From Gemmatimonadales bacterium (GTDB lineage: Bacteria; Gemmatimonadota; Gemmatimonadetes; Gemmatimonadales; GWC2-71-9), in contig DATJKA010000035.1 in assembly GCA_035491815.1 (NCBI GenBank), forward strand, positions 84,718 through 148,717: a stretch of DNA of 64,000 nucleotides, read 5' to 3'. Shown piece after piece: positions 45,324-56,300 of this stretch (its first letter is position 1; each line of letters begins with the position of its first letter). The notes below the pieces were generated by a model that did no database searches, was not told the origin of the DNA, and saw nothing but the letters and a program-made list of their open reading frames with translations. Made by a program: the position numbers and the translations under genes.

Positions 45324-46256
45324 TCACGGGCACCGGAGCGCGAGCGGCTGCGCGGCGATGACGCGCCGCGTCTCGACGTCGACCACGGTCGCACGGGAAT
45401 CGTGCGCCGCGACGTCGGCGAATTCGTCGACGAGCAGCAGCGAGCCGCCGTCAGCTCTGACGACGGCGCCACGCAACGAGTACCGCACCCCCCCGGTCAC
45501 GGAGCCACCATGCAACCGCAGCCGTCGCGGTCGCACGACCCAGCGCAACCGATGGAGCGCCGTATCGGTGGCGGCGACACCGGTGATCAAGCTGGTATCG
45601 ACGGCACTCTCGCCTATGGTTCGCACAAAGGTCGCGCGGAATCCCACTCCGTAGCCGTCGCTCAGCGCGACAACTTCACCGGCATCGGCGGACTGGTCGG
45701 CGTCGAGCGCGGGCGGATGCAGCATACCCATCGACGGTCCGCGCGTCGCTCGTTCGGCGCGATCGGCCACGCTCCTGATCAGGCCGCGCGCCGCCGTCGT
45801 CGAGAGCGTCGGGCCTGATGGTCCGGGGCCGGCAGCGAAGGGCGGCGCGTCGAGGAGTGCCACGACGGTCGTATGGGATGGCGGCGCGGCTCGGCCGGCT
45901 GCACCGCCCGGCGGGAACGCGAGTACCAGCTCGGTCACGACCTCGGCATATCCGCAGCTTTGCGGCGCATGAAAGCGGGCCAGCGTTACGCGCGCCGGCG
46001 CGGCACCATGCGCGGAGAGCACCGTGGCGCGCCGCGCAGTGCGGCCGTCGACTGCCACGAGCTGGCGGCCTTCCAACGCGTCCATCAGGTTGTGACGGCC
46101 GGTGAGGGCGTGGTAGAAATCCCGCGCGAAGGCGTCTCCGGTAATGAAGACATGCGCCTCACCGCCCAGACTCCAGCCCAAGGCCGCAGGTGGCCGGTGG
46201 AGACCACAGGCCAGTAGCCCTAGAGCGAGAACGACGCTAGCGTACGCGCGATGCAA
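45324..46256 (-). CDS. Hypothetical lipoprotein
   Basis: TTG 46256 start gives MHRAYASVVLALGLLACGLH (lipobox LLAC). Codon third positions are GC-rich throughout. No family recognised. The upstream part of the 500-aa track ORF is antisense to the FNR gene. Confidence 0.5.
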   Translation of the reverse strand: MHRAYASVVLALGLLACGLHRPPAALGWSLGGEAHVFITGDAFARDFYHALTGRHNLMDALEGRQLVAVDGRTARRATVLSAHGAAPARVTLARFHAPQSCGYAEVVTELVLAFPPGGAAGRAAPPSHTTVVALLDAPPFAAGPGPSGPTLSTTAARGLIRSVADRAERATRGPSMGMLHPPALDADQSADAGEVVALSDGYGVGFRATFVRTIGESAVDTSLITGVAATDTALHRLRWVVRPRRLRLHGGSVTGGVRYSLRGAVVRADGGSLLLVDEFADVAAHDSRATVVDVETRRVIAAQPLALRCP

Positions 46257-47273
46257 GAGGCCAAAGATATCATCATCATCGGCGCCGGCCCGACCGGCCT
46301 GTTCGCCGCGTTCTACGCGGGAATGCGCGGCGCCTCGCATCGCCTGATCGACAACCTCGATCAAGTCGGCGGCCAGCTCACTGCGCTCTATCCCGAGAAA
46401 TACATCTTCGACGTGGCCGGCTTTCCCCAAATCCTCGCCAAGGACCTCGTGAAGGGCCTGGCGGAACAGGGGCTGCGCTGGAAGCCGCCGGTCCACCTCG
46501 CGGAAAAAGTCATCGGGCTGCGGAGGAGTGAGGACAACGGCAAGCCCGCGTTCACGATCGTGACCGACAAAGACGAATACCCCGGCCGCACCGTCCTCAT
46601 CGCCGGCGGAATCGGCGCGTTCACGCCGCGCAAACTGCCGCTCAAGGACGTCGACCGCTGGAACGACAAGGGACTGCACGACCGCGTCCTGAATCCACGC
46701 ACGTTTCAGGGCAAACGGATTCTCATTGTCGGCGGCGGCGACTCGGCGTTCGACTGGGCCGTCAACCTCCAGGGCATCGCGAAATCGATCGTGATGATTC
46801 ACCGGCGGGACGGCTTCCGGGCCCACCAGGCGACGGTCGATCAGGTCCAGGGGCTGGCGGCGGCGGGCAAAATGGAGCTGCGGACGTTCTGGGAGTTGAA
46901 GGCGATCGAGGGCTCGGCCTGCATCGAGCGGGTCACGATCTTCAACAACAAGACAAAGGAAGAAGAGACGCTGGCGATGGACTGCGTCATTCCCCAGCTC
47001 GGCTTCGTCTCCTCACTCGGCGCCATCGGCGAATGGGGGCTCGATATCGAGAAGGGCGACATCAAAGTGACACAGACGATGGAGACCAACATCCCCGGTA
47101 TCTACGCCGCGGGTGACATCACGACGTATCCCGGCAAGCTGAAGCTTATCGCGACAGGATTTGCGGAAGGGTGCATCGCCGTCAACCAGATCGCGCACTT
47201 CTTGAATCCGACGGCCAAGGTGATGCCGGGCCATAGCTCCAACATGGCCCTGTTCGGTCAGAAGGACGACTAG
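46251..47273 (+). CDS. Ferredoxin-NADP+ reductase (thioredoxin-reductase-like, YumC type)
   Basis: DIIIIGAGPTGLFAAFYAGMRG, ILIVGGGDSAFDWA and GIYAAGDITTYPGK. Confidence 0.9.
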   Translation: MQEAKDIIIIGAGPTGLFAAFYAGMRGASHRLIDNLDQVGGQLTALYPEKYIFDVAGFPQILAKDLVKGLAEQGLRWKPPVHLAEKVIGLRRSEDNGKPAFTIVTDKDEYPGRTVLIAGGIGAFTPRKLPLKDVDRWNDKGLHDRVLNPRTFQGKRILIVGGGDSAFDWAVNLQGIAKSIVMIHRRDGFRAHQATVDQVQGLAAAGKMELRTFWELKAIEGSACIERVTIFNNKTKEEETLAMDCVIPQLGFVSSLGAIGEWGLDIEKGDIKVTQTMETNIPGIYAAGDITTYPGKLKLIATGFAEGCIAVNQIAHFLNPTAKVMPGHSSNMALFGQKDD

Positions 47274-47290
47274 AGCAGACGTCTGCGCTT

Positions 47291-48766
47291 TTATCTGGCC
47301 AGTTGAACGACGACAGAATCGATCTGCGCCAGGATTTGGCGCGTCGGGACGTTGTGGCCGTTCACCTGGATCGAGAACGTGATCACCCTTCCGTTGGGCT
47401 TCTCGACATAACCCGAGAGCGTGTTCACCCGGTCGATTGAGCCGGTCTTCGCCAGCACGTGGCCCTCGATCGGTGTCCGCACAAATCGCCGCAGCAGCGA
47501 CCCGAGCTGGCCGGAGTGCGGCAGCGCGGCCAGAAACGGCGCTCGCTTCGGGTGCTTGTACATGTAGGTGAGCAGCTGCACGAACGCGTGCGGCGTCACC
47601 AGATTGCCGGCCGCCAGGCCCGATCCGTCTTCCAGGGAAAACGCCGTCGAATCGATCTTCACTGAATCGATCAGGAATCGCTTCTCGACGTCCAGTCCCT
47701 TCGCCCAACTGCCGGTGTCGCCCATTTCGCGCGCCACGATCTTGAGCAGCATCTCGGCGAACCAGTTCTGGCTCGTGTTCAGAATGGGAAACACCATGTC
47801 GGGCAGCGGCCGGCCGCGATACTCGACGATCGGGCTGCCGCAGCAGCGCAGCGTGCGATACACCATCGAGTCGGTGGTGCTCGCTGCGCCGCCTTCGACT
47901 GCCACGCCCTTCTTGTGCAGCGAGGCCTCGAGCGCACGCGCAGCGTAGAGGTTCGGGTCCGGCAGCGCGAAGCTCTCGATCCAGGGCGTCCGCGAGAGCG
48001 CCACCGTCCCCTCCGCCCAGATGTCGAGCGTGCCCGGCTTACGGAAGAAGTTGTCGCCGATGGTAGTCCCGGAATCGGCGGGCACGGTACGGGCCCGGTT
48101 CTCGAACGAGAACATCTGGAGGTCGGGATTCCAGGCGATGACGGGCGGGGCGTCCACGAACGGGCCGGGCGTAATGTGGAAGTCCACGCTGTTGTCGTGG
48201 AAGCCGAGCCCCGAGATCGGCGCCGCATACCACCAGTTGAGATCGAACGAGCCCCAATTCCAGTGGGTGAGCGTCGGCTCGAAATACGAGCCGTCGCCGA
48301 CGATCTTGCCGGTGATGCGCTTGATCCCGCGCGCGCGGAGCGAATCGGCGATCGCGTCGACGGCGGTCCACGTGGAATCGCAGCCGCCCACCGCCAGGGT
48401 ATCGATCGAGTAGCACCGCTCCGACCACGTCGGATCGCCCCGACCATACAGAATCAGATCGCCGTCGAGCACGCCGTTCGTGACCGTGCCGCTCGCGTAC
48501 AGACTCGTGCGGACGCGGTAATCGGCGGGGAGCAGCACCGTTCCCGTCGCGGCGACGACGAGCTTCGTATTGCTCGCCGGCACGGACAGGCGGTCGCCGT
48601 TGTGGTTGAAGAGCACGCGGCCGCGGTCGTCCTGCGCGTAAATGTTCCAGGTCGCCTTGTCGAACGGCGGCTGCTCGAGCAGACGGTTGATTCGCTGCTG
48701 AGCGGACTGGGCCTGGAGTGAAACGGCGGCGCTAATGCAGAGCGACGCGAGGATCAGCTTTCGCAT
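47291..48766 (-). CDS. dacB: D-alanyl-D-alanine carboxypeptidase/endopeptidase (PBP4, S13 family)
   Basis: Signal peptide. SxxK in VPASNTKLVVAA, ..DGSGL.. and KTGSI (KTG). Confidence 0.88.
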   Translation of the reverse strand: MRKLILASLCISAAVSLQAQSAQQRINRLLEQPPFDKATWNIYAQDDRGRVLFNHNGDRLSVPASNTKLVVAATGTVLLPADYRVRTSLYASGTVTNGVLDGDLILYGRGDPTWSERCYSIDTLAVGGCDSTWTAVDAIADSLRARGIKRITGKIVGDGSYFEPTLTHWNWGSFDLNWWYAAPISGLGFHDNSVDFHITPGPFVDAPPVIAWNPDLQMFSFENRARTVPADSGTTIGDNFFRKPGTLDIWAEGTVALSRTPWIESFALPDPNLYAARALEASLHKKGVAVEGGAASTTDSMVYRTLRCCGSPIVEYRGRPLPDMVFPILNTSQNWFAEMLLKIVAREMGDTGSWAKGLDVEKRFLIDSVKIDSTAFSLEDGSGLAAGNLVTPHAFVQLLTYMYKHPKRAPFLAALPHSGQLGSLLRRFVRTPIEGHVLAKTGSIDRVNTLSGYVEKPNGRVITFSIQVNGHNVPTRQILAQIDSVVVQLAR

Positions 48767-49652
48767 AGAGCACGTCGGTCAGAAGGTTCACCAGCACAAA
48801 GATCACGGACATGAACAGGATGCTACCCTGCACGGCGGGCAAATCGCGCTTCTGGATCGCGAGCAGGACGTAGCGCCCGACGCCGGGCCAGGAAAATATC
48901 GTCTCCGTCAGGATGCTTCCCGTCAGGTAATTGCCGACGTCGAGCCCGAGCACCGTGATGATGGGCAGCAGGGCGTTGCGGAGCGCATGCCGGCCGATGA
49001 CGCTCCGCTCGGTGACTCCCTTGGCTCGCGCCGTACGCACGAAATCGGACGGCAGCACGTCGAGCATCGCGCCGCGAGTCATGCGCGCGAGGAACGCGAT
49101 CGAGCGCATGCCGAGTGTCAGGGCAGGCAGCACGAGGAAGGCGGGGCCGCCATATCCCGATGGCGGCAACCAGCGCAACGCCACCGCGAACAGCAGGATG
49201 AGGAGCAGGCCGACCCAGTAGACCGGAAACGAAATCCCCATGTAGGCGATCATCATGCTGGCGCGGTCGACGACGCCGCCCGGCCGAATCGCCGCGATCA
49301 CGCCGAGCGCGATGCCGCATGTCGCGGCGAGGAGCATGGCGGTGCCGGCCAGCTGCAGTGTCTTGGGGAACCGCTCGAGCAGGTCGCCGAGGACCGGCCG
49401 CTGCGTGATGTAGGAGCGGCCGAGGTCGCCGCGTAGGACCCCCCCGACATAGTGCCCGAATTGCGAGGCGATCGGCTCGTCGAGATGCAGCTCGGCGCGC
49501 AGGCGCGCGATTGTGGCCGAGTCAGCGCGCTCGCCGACCATTTCGGCGACGGGATCGCCGGGGACGACGTTCAGGAGCAAGAAGGCGACGACGAGCACTC
49601 CAAACAGCGTCGGAATCGTCGCGAGGAGCCGCCTAGCGACGAGCTGCAACAC
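48732..49652 (-). CDS. ABC transporter permease (DppB/OppB-like)
   Basis: MLQLVARRLLATIPTLFGVLVVAFLLLNVVPGDP, plus an EAA-like region (ARAKGVTERSVIGRHALRNALLPIIT). Confidence 0.9.
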   Translation of the reverse strand: MLQLVARRLLATIPTLFGVLVVAFLLLNVVPGDPVAEMVGERADSATIARLRAELHLDEPIASQFGHYVGGVLRGDLGRSYITQRPVLGDLLERFPKTLQLAGTAMLLAATCGIALGVIAAIRPGGVVDRASMMIAYMGISFPVYWVGLLLILLFAVALRWLPPSGYGGPAFLVLPALTLGMRSIAFLARMTRGAMLDVLPSDFVRTARAKGVTERSVIGRHALRNALLPIITVLGLDVGNYLTGSILTETIFSWPGVGRYVLLAIQKRDLPAVQGSILFMSVIFVLVNLLTDVLYAKADPRVALH

Positions 49653-51219
49653 GGACCTTGGTCCAATGCTGGCCGTTGAAAACCACCGGAATGTCCCAGC
49701 CCTCGATGGAGGGATGCTCTGCCCAGAGGTCGACGGCGAACCAGAGGTATAGCCAGGGCGCGGCGTCGAAGATCCGTCGGTCGATGCGGCGGTACAGTGC
49801 CTCGCGCGCCTGCTGATCAGGGGTGCGGCGTGCCAGCATGATCAAGGAGTCCGTTACGCGATCACTATAGAAGGAATAGTTGCCGCCCGGACCGGCGCTG
49901 GCGCTGTGGAATAGGGGATAGAGAAAGTTGTCGGCGTCGGGGTAGTCGGCCCACCAGTCGGTGATGGCCATGTCCGTATCGCCTTTACGGACGGCTTCCC
50001 GCATGCTCGAGGCATCGCGGGAGACGATTTCGACCGTGATCCCGACGGCCGCGAGCTGCGCCTGAATCGCCTGCGCGACCCGGCCGAGCTCGACGTTCGT
50101 TCCCGACCGCCACAGTTGAAGATTGAAGCCGTTCGGGTATCCCGCGGCACGCAGCAGCCGGCGCGCTTCGGTCGTGTCGTAGCCGTACGGCCGGCGGCCG
50201 GGATCACTGCCGCCGAGCGCCGGCGGAATCGACCCGGCCGCGAGTACGCCCCGACCATTCCAGACGGTCCGGAGAATCTCCGGCACGTTGACGGCATGAT
50301 TGATCGCCAGACGGACTCTGGGGTCGCGGAGCGGCCCGCGCTTGTTGTTCAGGGGGACGTAGATCGGCCGCAGCGCCGGTTTGCGCTTCAGCCAGTCCGG
50401 ATGCTCTTGCTGCCATTTGACGGTCTCGCCGAACGGCACCTCCACGACCGACAGGCGGCCGGAGAGAAACTCCGCCGCGCGCGTCAGCGCTTCCGGGACG
50501 ATTCGCACCGTCAGCGACTCGGCGAGCGGCGCACCGCCCCAATACGTCGAGTTCGCGGCAAACCGGAGGTAGTCGTCGTGCTCCCAGGCGACGAAGCGCC
50601 ACGGTCCGGTGCCGACGGGATGCTGGGCGAAGTCGGCGGGAACGGGCGACGGCACGACGGATGCGACAGGCATCGCGAGGAACTTCGGGAATACGGCCAA
50701 CGGCTCGGTCAAAGTGAACCGGACCGCGGTGTCGCCGAGGACTTCAATGCCCCGGACGTCGCGCGCACGGCCGTCGGCAAAGTCGGCCGCGCCGGCGATG
50801 GGCAAGAGCGGCCACACTCGGCCGCCATGCGTCGCGGGATTCAGCACGCGCAGCAGCGCCCGTTTTACGTCTCCTGCGACGAGCGGTCTCCCGTCGTGGA
50901 AGGTGACGTGGGGACGCAGGTGAAAGACGAAGCGTTGCGCCGCGCGGTCGGCCGTCCAGCGATCGGAGAGTCCGGGAAGCACATGGCCGTCGGCATCGAA
51001 CGCGGTGAGGCAGTCGAAGAGCAGCGTGATCATCTCGCCCGTCGGCACGTCCGTGGACAGCGCCGGATCGAGCGAGCGGGGGTCGTAGCTCTCGTAGTAG
51101 GTGAGGCCCCGCCCCTGGGTGGCGCCGCCCGAACTGTGACAGGCGGCAAGAATCCAGAGGAACAGGGCGCTCTTGGCGGTGTCGAAAAGGTTGACAGTAC
51201 GAAGCAAGTGTCGCAACAT
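49633..51219 (-). CDS. ABC transporter substrate-binding lipoprotein (family 5, peptide/nickel type)
   Basis: Lipobox ILAAC. Also ..SLDPA...D....MI.LLFD.L, and VTFHDGRPL. Start taken at ATG 51219 (TTG 51234 is possible). Confidence 0.88.
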   Translation of the reverse strand: MLRHLLRTVNLFDTAKSALFLWILAACHSSGGATQGRGLTYYESYDPRSLDPALSTDVPTGEMITLLFDCLTAFDADGHVLPGLSDRWTADRAAQRFVFHLRPHVTFHDGRPLVAGDVKRALLRVLNPATHGGRVWPLLPIAGAADFADGRARDVRGIEVLGDTAVRFTLTEPLAVFPKFLAMPVASVVPSPVPADFAQHPVGTGPWRFVAWEHDDYLRFAANSTYWGGAPLAESLTVRIVPEALTRAAEFLSGRLSVVEVPFGETVKWQQEHPDWLKRKPALRPIYVPLNNKRGPLRDPRVRLAINHAVNVPEILRTVWNGRGVLAAGSIPPALGGSDPGRRPYGYDTTEARRLLRAAGYPNGFNLQLWRSGTNVELGRVAQAIQAQLAAVGITVEIVSRDASSMREAVRKGDTDMAITDWWADYPDADNFLYPLFHSASAGPGGNYSFYSDRVTDSLIMLARRTPDQQAREALYRRIDRRIFDAAPWLYLWFAVDLWAEHPSIEGWDIPVVFNGQHWTKVRVAARR

Positions 51220-51244
51220 AGCCGAAATTGCCAAACTACGTCAA

Positions 51245-53374
51245 TTGCGCGTCATACCTTTCTTGTTGCTCGCCGTCCTCGCGGCGACATCCGTCCTGCC
51301 CGCCCAAGAACAGGGGCGCGTCGTTCGCGGCCTGACGTTCGTCGGTAACAAGGCCATCGATGACTACACGCTCGAAAGCGCGATCGCGACAACCGCGTCG
51401 AGCTGGTGGGCGCGTTACGGCATCGTGCGCTGGCTGGGCCTCGGTGAAAAGCGGTATTTCGACGAAGTCGAATTCCGCCGTGACGTGGTGCGGTTGATTC
51501 TCCTGTATCGCCAGAGCGGCTACATGAACGCGGTAGTGGACACGGCGGTGCGGCGGACGCCGCGGGACGCGTACGTCACTTTCCGCATTCACGAGGGAGA
51601 CCCGGTGCGCGTCACCCGCCTCGACATCCGCGGGCTCGACAGCATCGTCGATGTTCCCCGATTGAAACATGAGCTACCGCTCCAAGTCGGCGATCCGTTC
51701 AACCGTTTCTTGATGCAGGCCTCGGCCGACACGATCGTGGCGCGGCTCCGCAACAACGGCTACCCGTACGCCGAGGTGCTGCGCAACTTCGATTCCGAAG
51801 CCGGGATCCTGAAAGCCGAGGTCGAGCTGGACGCGCAGCCGGGCCCGCGCATGCGGATCGGCGAGGTCCTGATCCGGGGATTGCACGACATCGATACCGG
51901 AACCGTCCGGCGCGTAAGCTCGGTGCGGCCGGGGCACACCTACCGGCAGGACGATTTTTTCCAGACCCAGCGTGATCTCTACACGATGGGCGTGTTCAAC
52001 GCGGTCAACGTCCAGCTCGTCGACTCGGTCTTGCCACAGCAGACGGTCGGCCGAGACTCGACCGTGCGGGCCCTCATTCAAGTGCTGGAGGGACCGCGCC
52101 ATCAAGTGCGCACCGGCTTCGGCTATGGAACGGTCGAGTGCTTTCGCGTCCAGACGGGCTGGACGGCGCACGATTTCCTCGGCGGCGCGCGTACGCTCGA
52201 CTTGACCGGGCGCGTCTCGAAGCTCGGCGCAGCGCCCAAGCAGAGTACGGGACTCAAGCAATTCTGCAATCCCTTAGGCGGCGCGTGGACCTTCGACACG
52301 CTGAATTACGCGGTCGGCGCGACGCTGCGACAGCCGGCGTTCTTATCGCGATCCAACGTCGCAACGGTCGGGCTCGTTGCCGAGCGACGCTCGGAATTCG
52401 GCATTTACACGAGGCAGGCGACCGGCGGCAACGCGGACTTGACCGTCAACGCACGCGGCGCGCTGCCGGTGACGTTCGGCTACTCCTACTCGTACGGCAA
52501 GACGACGGCGAGCGACGCGGTGTTTTGCGTGTTGTTTCGCCTCTGCGACGAGACCAGCCGCTCGTTCCTACGCGATCCGCGGCCGTTCGGGGCCGTGACG
52601 GTGACCCTCGCGCGCGATCGCGTCAACAACGTGCTTGATCCGTCCGACGGCAGCCTGTTCACCACGACCGTCCTGCACTCGTCCCGGCTCGTCGGCTCGG
52701 AGAGCCCCTACGAGCTGAACCGCGGCGAGATCGAGTTCGCAAAGTATTACTCGATCGGCCGGCGCACCGTCTTCGCGTGGCGCGCCCGGGGGGGCACGAT
52801 CCTGCCCCGCCGGATCACGCTGCAAGGACAGAGTGTCCGCTACGTGCCGCCCGACCAACGCTTCTACGGCGGCGGTCCGAACTCGGTGCGCGGCTACGGC
52901 CGTAACGAGCTCGGACCGATCGCCTATTTCATTCGCTTTCGGGACTCGATCGACGTCGCCGCCACGCAGGCCGCGGGCGATACCGTCTGGCGCGGCGTCG
53001 CGAAGGTGCCGACCGGCGGCAACACGGCGATCATCCTGAATGCCGAGCTGCGGTTTCCGTCGCCGATTTTCGCGCAGCGCATGCGGCTCGGCTTGTTCGT
53101 GGATGCGGGCCAGGTGTGGGAGCGCGGCGAGGAGCTGGTCACGGCCAGGGGCATGCGCGTGACTCCGGGGGCGGGTGTTCGCTTCGCCACGCCGCTCGGC
53201 CCAGTGCGCATCGATGCGGCGTACAACGGCTATTCCACCGAGCGCGGCCCGCTGCTGTTTCTCGACTCCGCAGGAGTGGTGCAGCAGATCCGCTCGTCCT
53301 ATCCCCCGATCCGGGCGCCGAAGACGTTCTGGCAGAAGGTCGTGATCCAGGTGGCCGTGGGGCAGGCGTTCTAG
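51245..53374 (+). CDS. tamA: Omp85-family outer-membrane protein (TamA/BamA-like)
   Basis: POTRA-like repeats (VVRGLTFVGNKAIDDYTLESAI, VTRLDIRGL). C-terminal D15 barrel ending in ..VAVGQAF (terminal Phe). The start is uncertain (TTG 51245 gives a signal peptide). Followed immediately by tamB. Confidence 0.85.
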   Translation: MRVIPFLLLAVLAATSVLPAQEQGRVVRGLTFVGNKAIDDYTLESAIATTASSWWARYGIVRWLGLGEKRYFDEVEFRRDVVRLILLYRQSGYMNAVVDTAVRRTPRDAYVTFRIHEGDPVRVTRLDIRGLDSIVDVPRLKHELPLQVGDPFNRFLMQASADTIVARLRNNGYPYAEVLRNFDSEAGILKAEVELDAQPGPRMRIGEVLIRGLHDIDTGTVRRVSSVRPGHTYRQDDFFQTQRDLYTMGVFNAVNVQLVDSVLPQQTVGRDSTVRALIQVLEGPRHQVRTGFGYGTVECFRVQTGWTAHDFLGGARTLDLTGRVSKLGAAPKQSTGLKQFCNPLGGAWTFDTLNYAVGATLRQPAFLSRSNVATVGLVAERRSEFGIYTRQATGGNADLTVNARGALPVTFGYSYSYGKTTASDAVFCVLFRLCDETSRSFLRDPRPFGAVTVTLARDRVNNVLDPSDGSLFTTTVLHSSRLVGSESPYELNRGEIEFAKYYSIGRRTVFAWRARGGTILPRRITLQGQSVRYVPPDQRFYGGGPNSVRGYGRNELGPIAYFIRFRDSIDVAATQAAGDTVWRGVAKVPTGGNTAIILNAELRFPSPIFAQRMRLGLFVDAGQVWERGEELVTARGMRVTPGAGVRFATPLGPVRIDAAYNGYSTERGPLLFLDSAGVVQQIRSSYPPIRAPKTFWQKVVIQVAVGQAF

Positions 53375-56300
53375 ATGATCCGGCGCTCGCTCGGGGTCGC
53401 GCTCTGGTCGCTCGTCGGGCTGCTCGCCTGCTTCCTCGGCGCGCTCAACGCGCTCGTCGGGACGCACGCCGGCCGGACGCTGCTCGCGCGTGTCGCCAGT
53501 GCGGCGGTCGAAAGCGCCGTCCACGGCAGGATCGAAGTCGGCGAAGTCCGAGGCTCCCTCCTGACCGGGGTCGTGCTGACCGACGTCCGACTGCTCGATC
53601 CTGACTCCACGCTGGTTGCCTGGCTGCCGCGGGCCGAGCTGGGCTACAACCCGATTGATTTCGCGGCGGGCCGGATCGTGTTCATGGAGGTGCGGCTCGA
53701 GCGGCCGTACATCAACATCGTCCAGCACCAGAACGGCAAGACGAACTTCGACGAGCTGCTTCGGCTGCACGAGAAGGACACGGTCAAGGTGAAGCCGCTC
53801 GGCCCGGCGGGCCCGCGCTCACTGATCCTGCTGCGGAACGTGCAGCTCGTGGACGGCACGTTGACGCTGCGGCTCCAAAAGCATGGAGAGGCCGGCGCGC
53901 TCGAGGAGATCGAGAACTCGGGCGAGGACGGCCGCTACCGCATTCGCCGGTTCGAGCATCTGAACGCGCGACTCGCGGCGCTGCGCATCCAGGCGCCGCG
54001 CGAGCAGGGCATTCGCATCGACATCCTGCGGCTCGCCACCGAGAGCAGCGATCCCAAGCTCTCGATCGCCGACGTCGTCGGTCGCGCGACGATCGACGGC
54101 ACCACGCTCGACCTTGATCTCTCACGCGTCCGCTTTCCCGGCACGCAGTTCAGCGCCAAAGGCAACGTGAAATGGCCGCGCGACACGCTGCTCTGGAACT
54201 TGGCGATGCGTGCCGACTCGGCGACGCTGAGCGACATCCGGTTCATCGATCCGCGCTATCCGGACAACGCGGTGCTGCACGGCGGCGTCACGCTCACCTC
54301 GCACGGCGGCCGCGTGCTGGAAGTGCAGCTGCGCCCGCTCGATCTAGCGTTCGGCCCGGGACGGCTCACCGGCCACATCACCGCGTTCACAGCCCAGGAT
54401 TCGGGGCTCGTCGCGCTGCGCCAGGGCGATCTGGTCGCGCGCGACCTGTCGCTCGACATGGCGCGTGTTTTCATCGATTCGCTGCCGTTCTATGGGCGGC
54501 TGACCGGCCAGACGATCGTCGACGGTCCCGTGAGCGCGCTCAAGATCGAGACCGGCTGGTCGTTCCGCGATTCGCTCGTGCCCGGTTGGCCCGAGTCGCA
54601 GATCCAGGGGAAGGGTGAGATCAGCCTCGCCGGGCGCGACCTGGCGTTCCAGCCGTTCGTGCTCGAGACGGGGCGCATCGACCTCGGCACCGTGCGCCAC
54701 CTCGTTCCCGCCGTGGATCTCGAAGGTGAGCTGGACGCGAGCGGCACGCTCACCGGAACGATCAAGAATGCGATGTTCAGCGGTACGCTGCGCCATCACG
54801 ACGGCACGCGGCCGGTCAGCGTGGTGCGCGGCGTCGTCGGCCTCGATTCGCGCACGGACACGCTTGGTGTCCTTGCCGACGTGCACGCGGATTCGCTGTC
54901 GCTCGACGGGCTCACGGGCCGGATCGCGAACTTCCCGCTGCGCGGCACGCTGACCGGTCCGATCCGCATGAGCGGCACCCTCGCAGCGCTCGAAACCCAC
55001 GCGGACCTCGCGATGCTCGGCGGCGGCGGCGGCCTGCGGGGCGATGGCACGCTGTTGCTGGGCGCCCGCGGTGCGCATCCGGCCTACGGCGCGCGCAAGT
55101 TCACCCTGCGCGCGTCCGATCTGAACCTGCATCGCTGGCTCGTGCGGGATGCGCCGCCGTCGCGCCTCAACCTTGCGGCTACGGGTGACGTCGTCGGTGA
55201 CAGCATCACGCCGCCCTCCGGGGCGTTCGCCGCGACACTCGCGCCGTCGCTGTTTGCCGGCACGGTGATCGACAGCGGCGCGACCAAGATGCACTTCTCA
55301 GACGGCCGGCTCTGGGTCGATTCCCTGCGGCTGCAGCAACCCGGCCTCTTGACCAGTGGCAGCGGCTCGGTCGGCTGGAAGCGGCCCGATAAGGGGACGC
55401 TCGTTTTCAACTTCGACGCCGACAGCCTCAGCGTGCTCGATTCGCTCGTGACCTGGATTGCGGGACCGCAGTACACCGGTCAAACCGACGCCCCAGAGGA
55501 TCGGTTACGGGGCGCCGCGCAGGTCAGCCTCCGGCTCGATGGTGCGCTCGACTCGCTGTCGATCGGCGGCGACGCCCGCCTGACGGATCTGCATTGGCGC
55601 GGTTGGAGCATGCCGAAGGGGCGGGGGACCGTCGTGTATCAGCCGGGTCCGCAGCCGCTGTTCGACGCCCAAATCGACATCGATTCGGTGGGCTATGGGC
55701 GGTTCGGGTTCGGCGCGGCGTCCGCGAGTGCCCACGGCAATCGCGACTCGCTCGCCTGGTTCGCGCGCTCGCGCGTGGGCGACCTCGGCGCCTTCATCGC
55801 CGGCGGCCACTATCATCGGCCGAGCCCCGACGACACGGCGTTGATTCAACACGTCAAACTGGATTCGCTGGCGGTCCTGATGCCGAGCGGCGTGTGGTTC
55901 CTCGGAGCTCCCACGGCCATCGCGTTCAACGACTCGGCGCTGCACGTCGATTCGCTGTCGCTCAAGAACGCGCTCGGCGGCGGTCGGATCGCGTTGGAGG
56001 GCGACGTGCCGCAGCGGGGTCCGATCAGCGCGCGGTTCTCGCTCGACAGCTTCCCGCTCACCGGCGTTTACGCTCTGCTGCAGCAGGACACACTGGGCGT
56101 CGCCGGCACGGTCACCGCGACAGTTGCGGCAGCGGGCACGCGCGCGAGCCCGACGTATACCGGGTCGTTCGCGTTCTCGAACGCCGCGTTCGGCTCGTTC
56201 CGCGCGCCGTTCATGGACGGCAACCTCGATTACCGCGGCAAGCACTTGAACGGCGAGCTGCACCTGTGGCGGGCGGGCCAACAGATCCTGAACGTGACGG

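Noticed and set aside
46257-46826. Upstream part of the 500-aa minus ORF 45324-46826.
   Set aside because: It is antisense to the strongly supported ferredoxin-NADP reductase gene. A lipoprotein signal appears only after TTG 46256.
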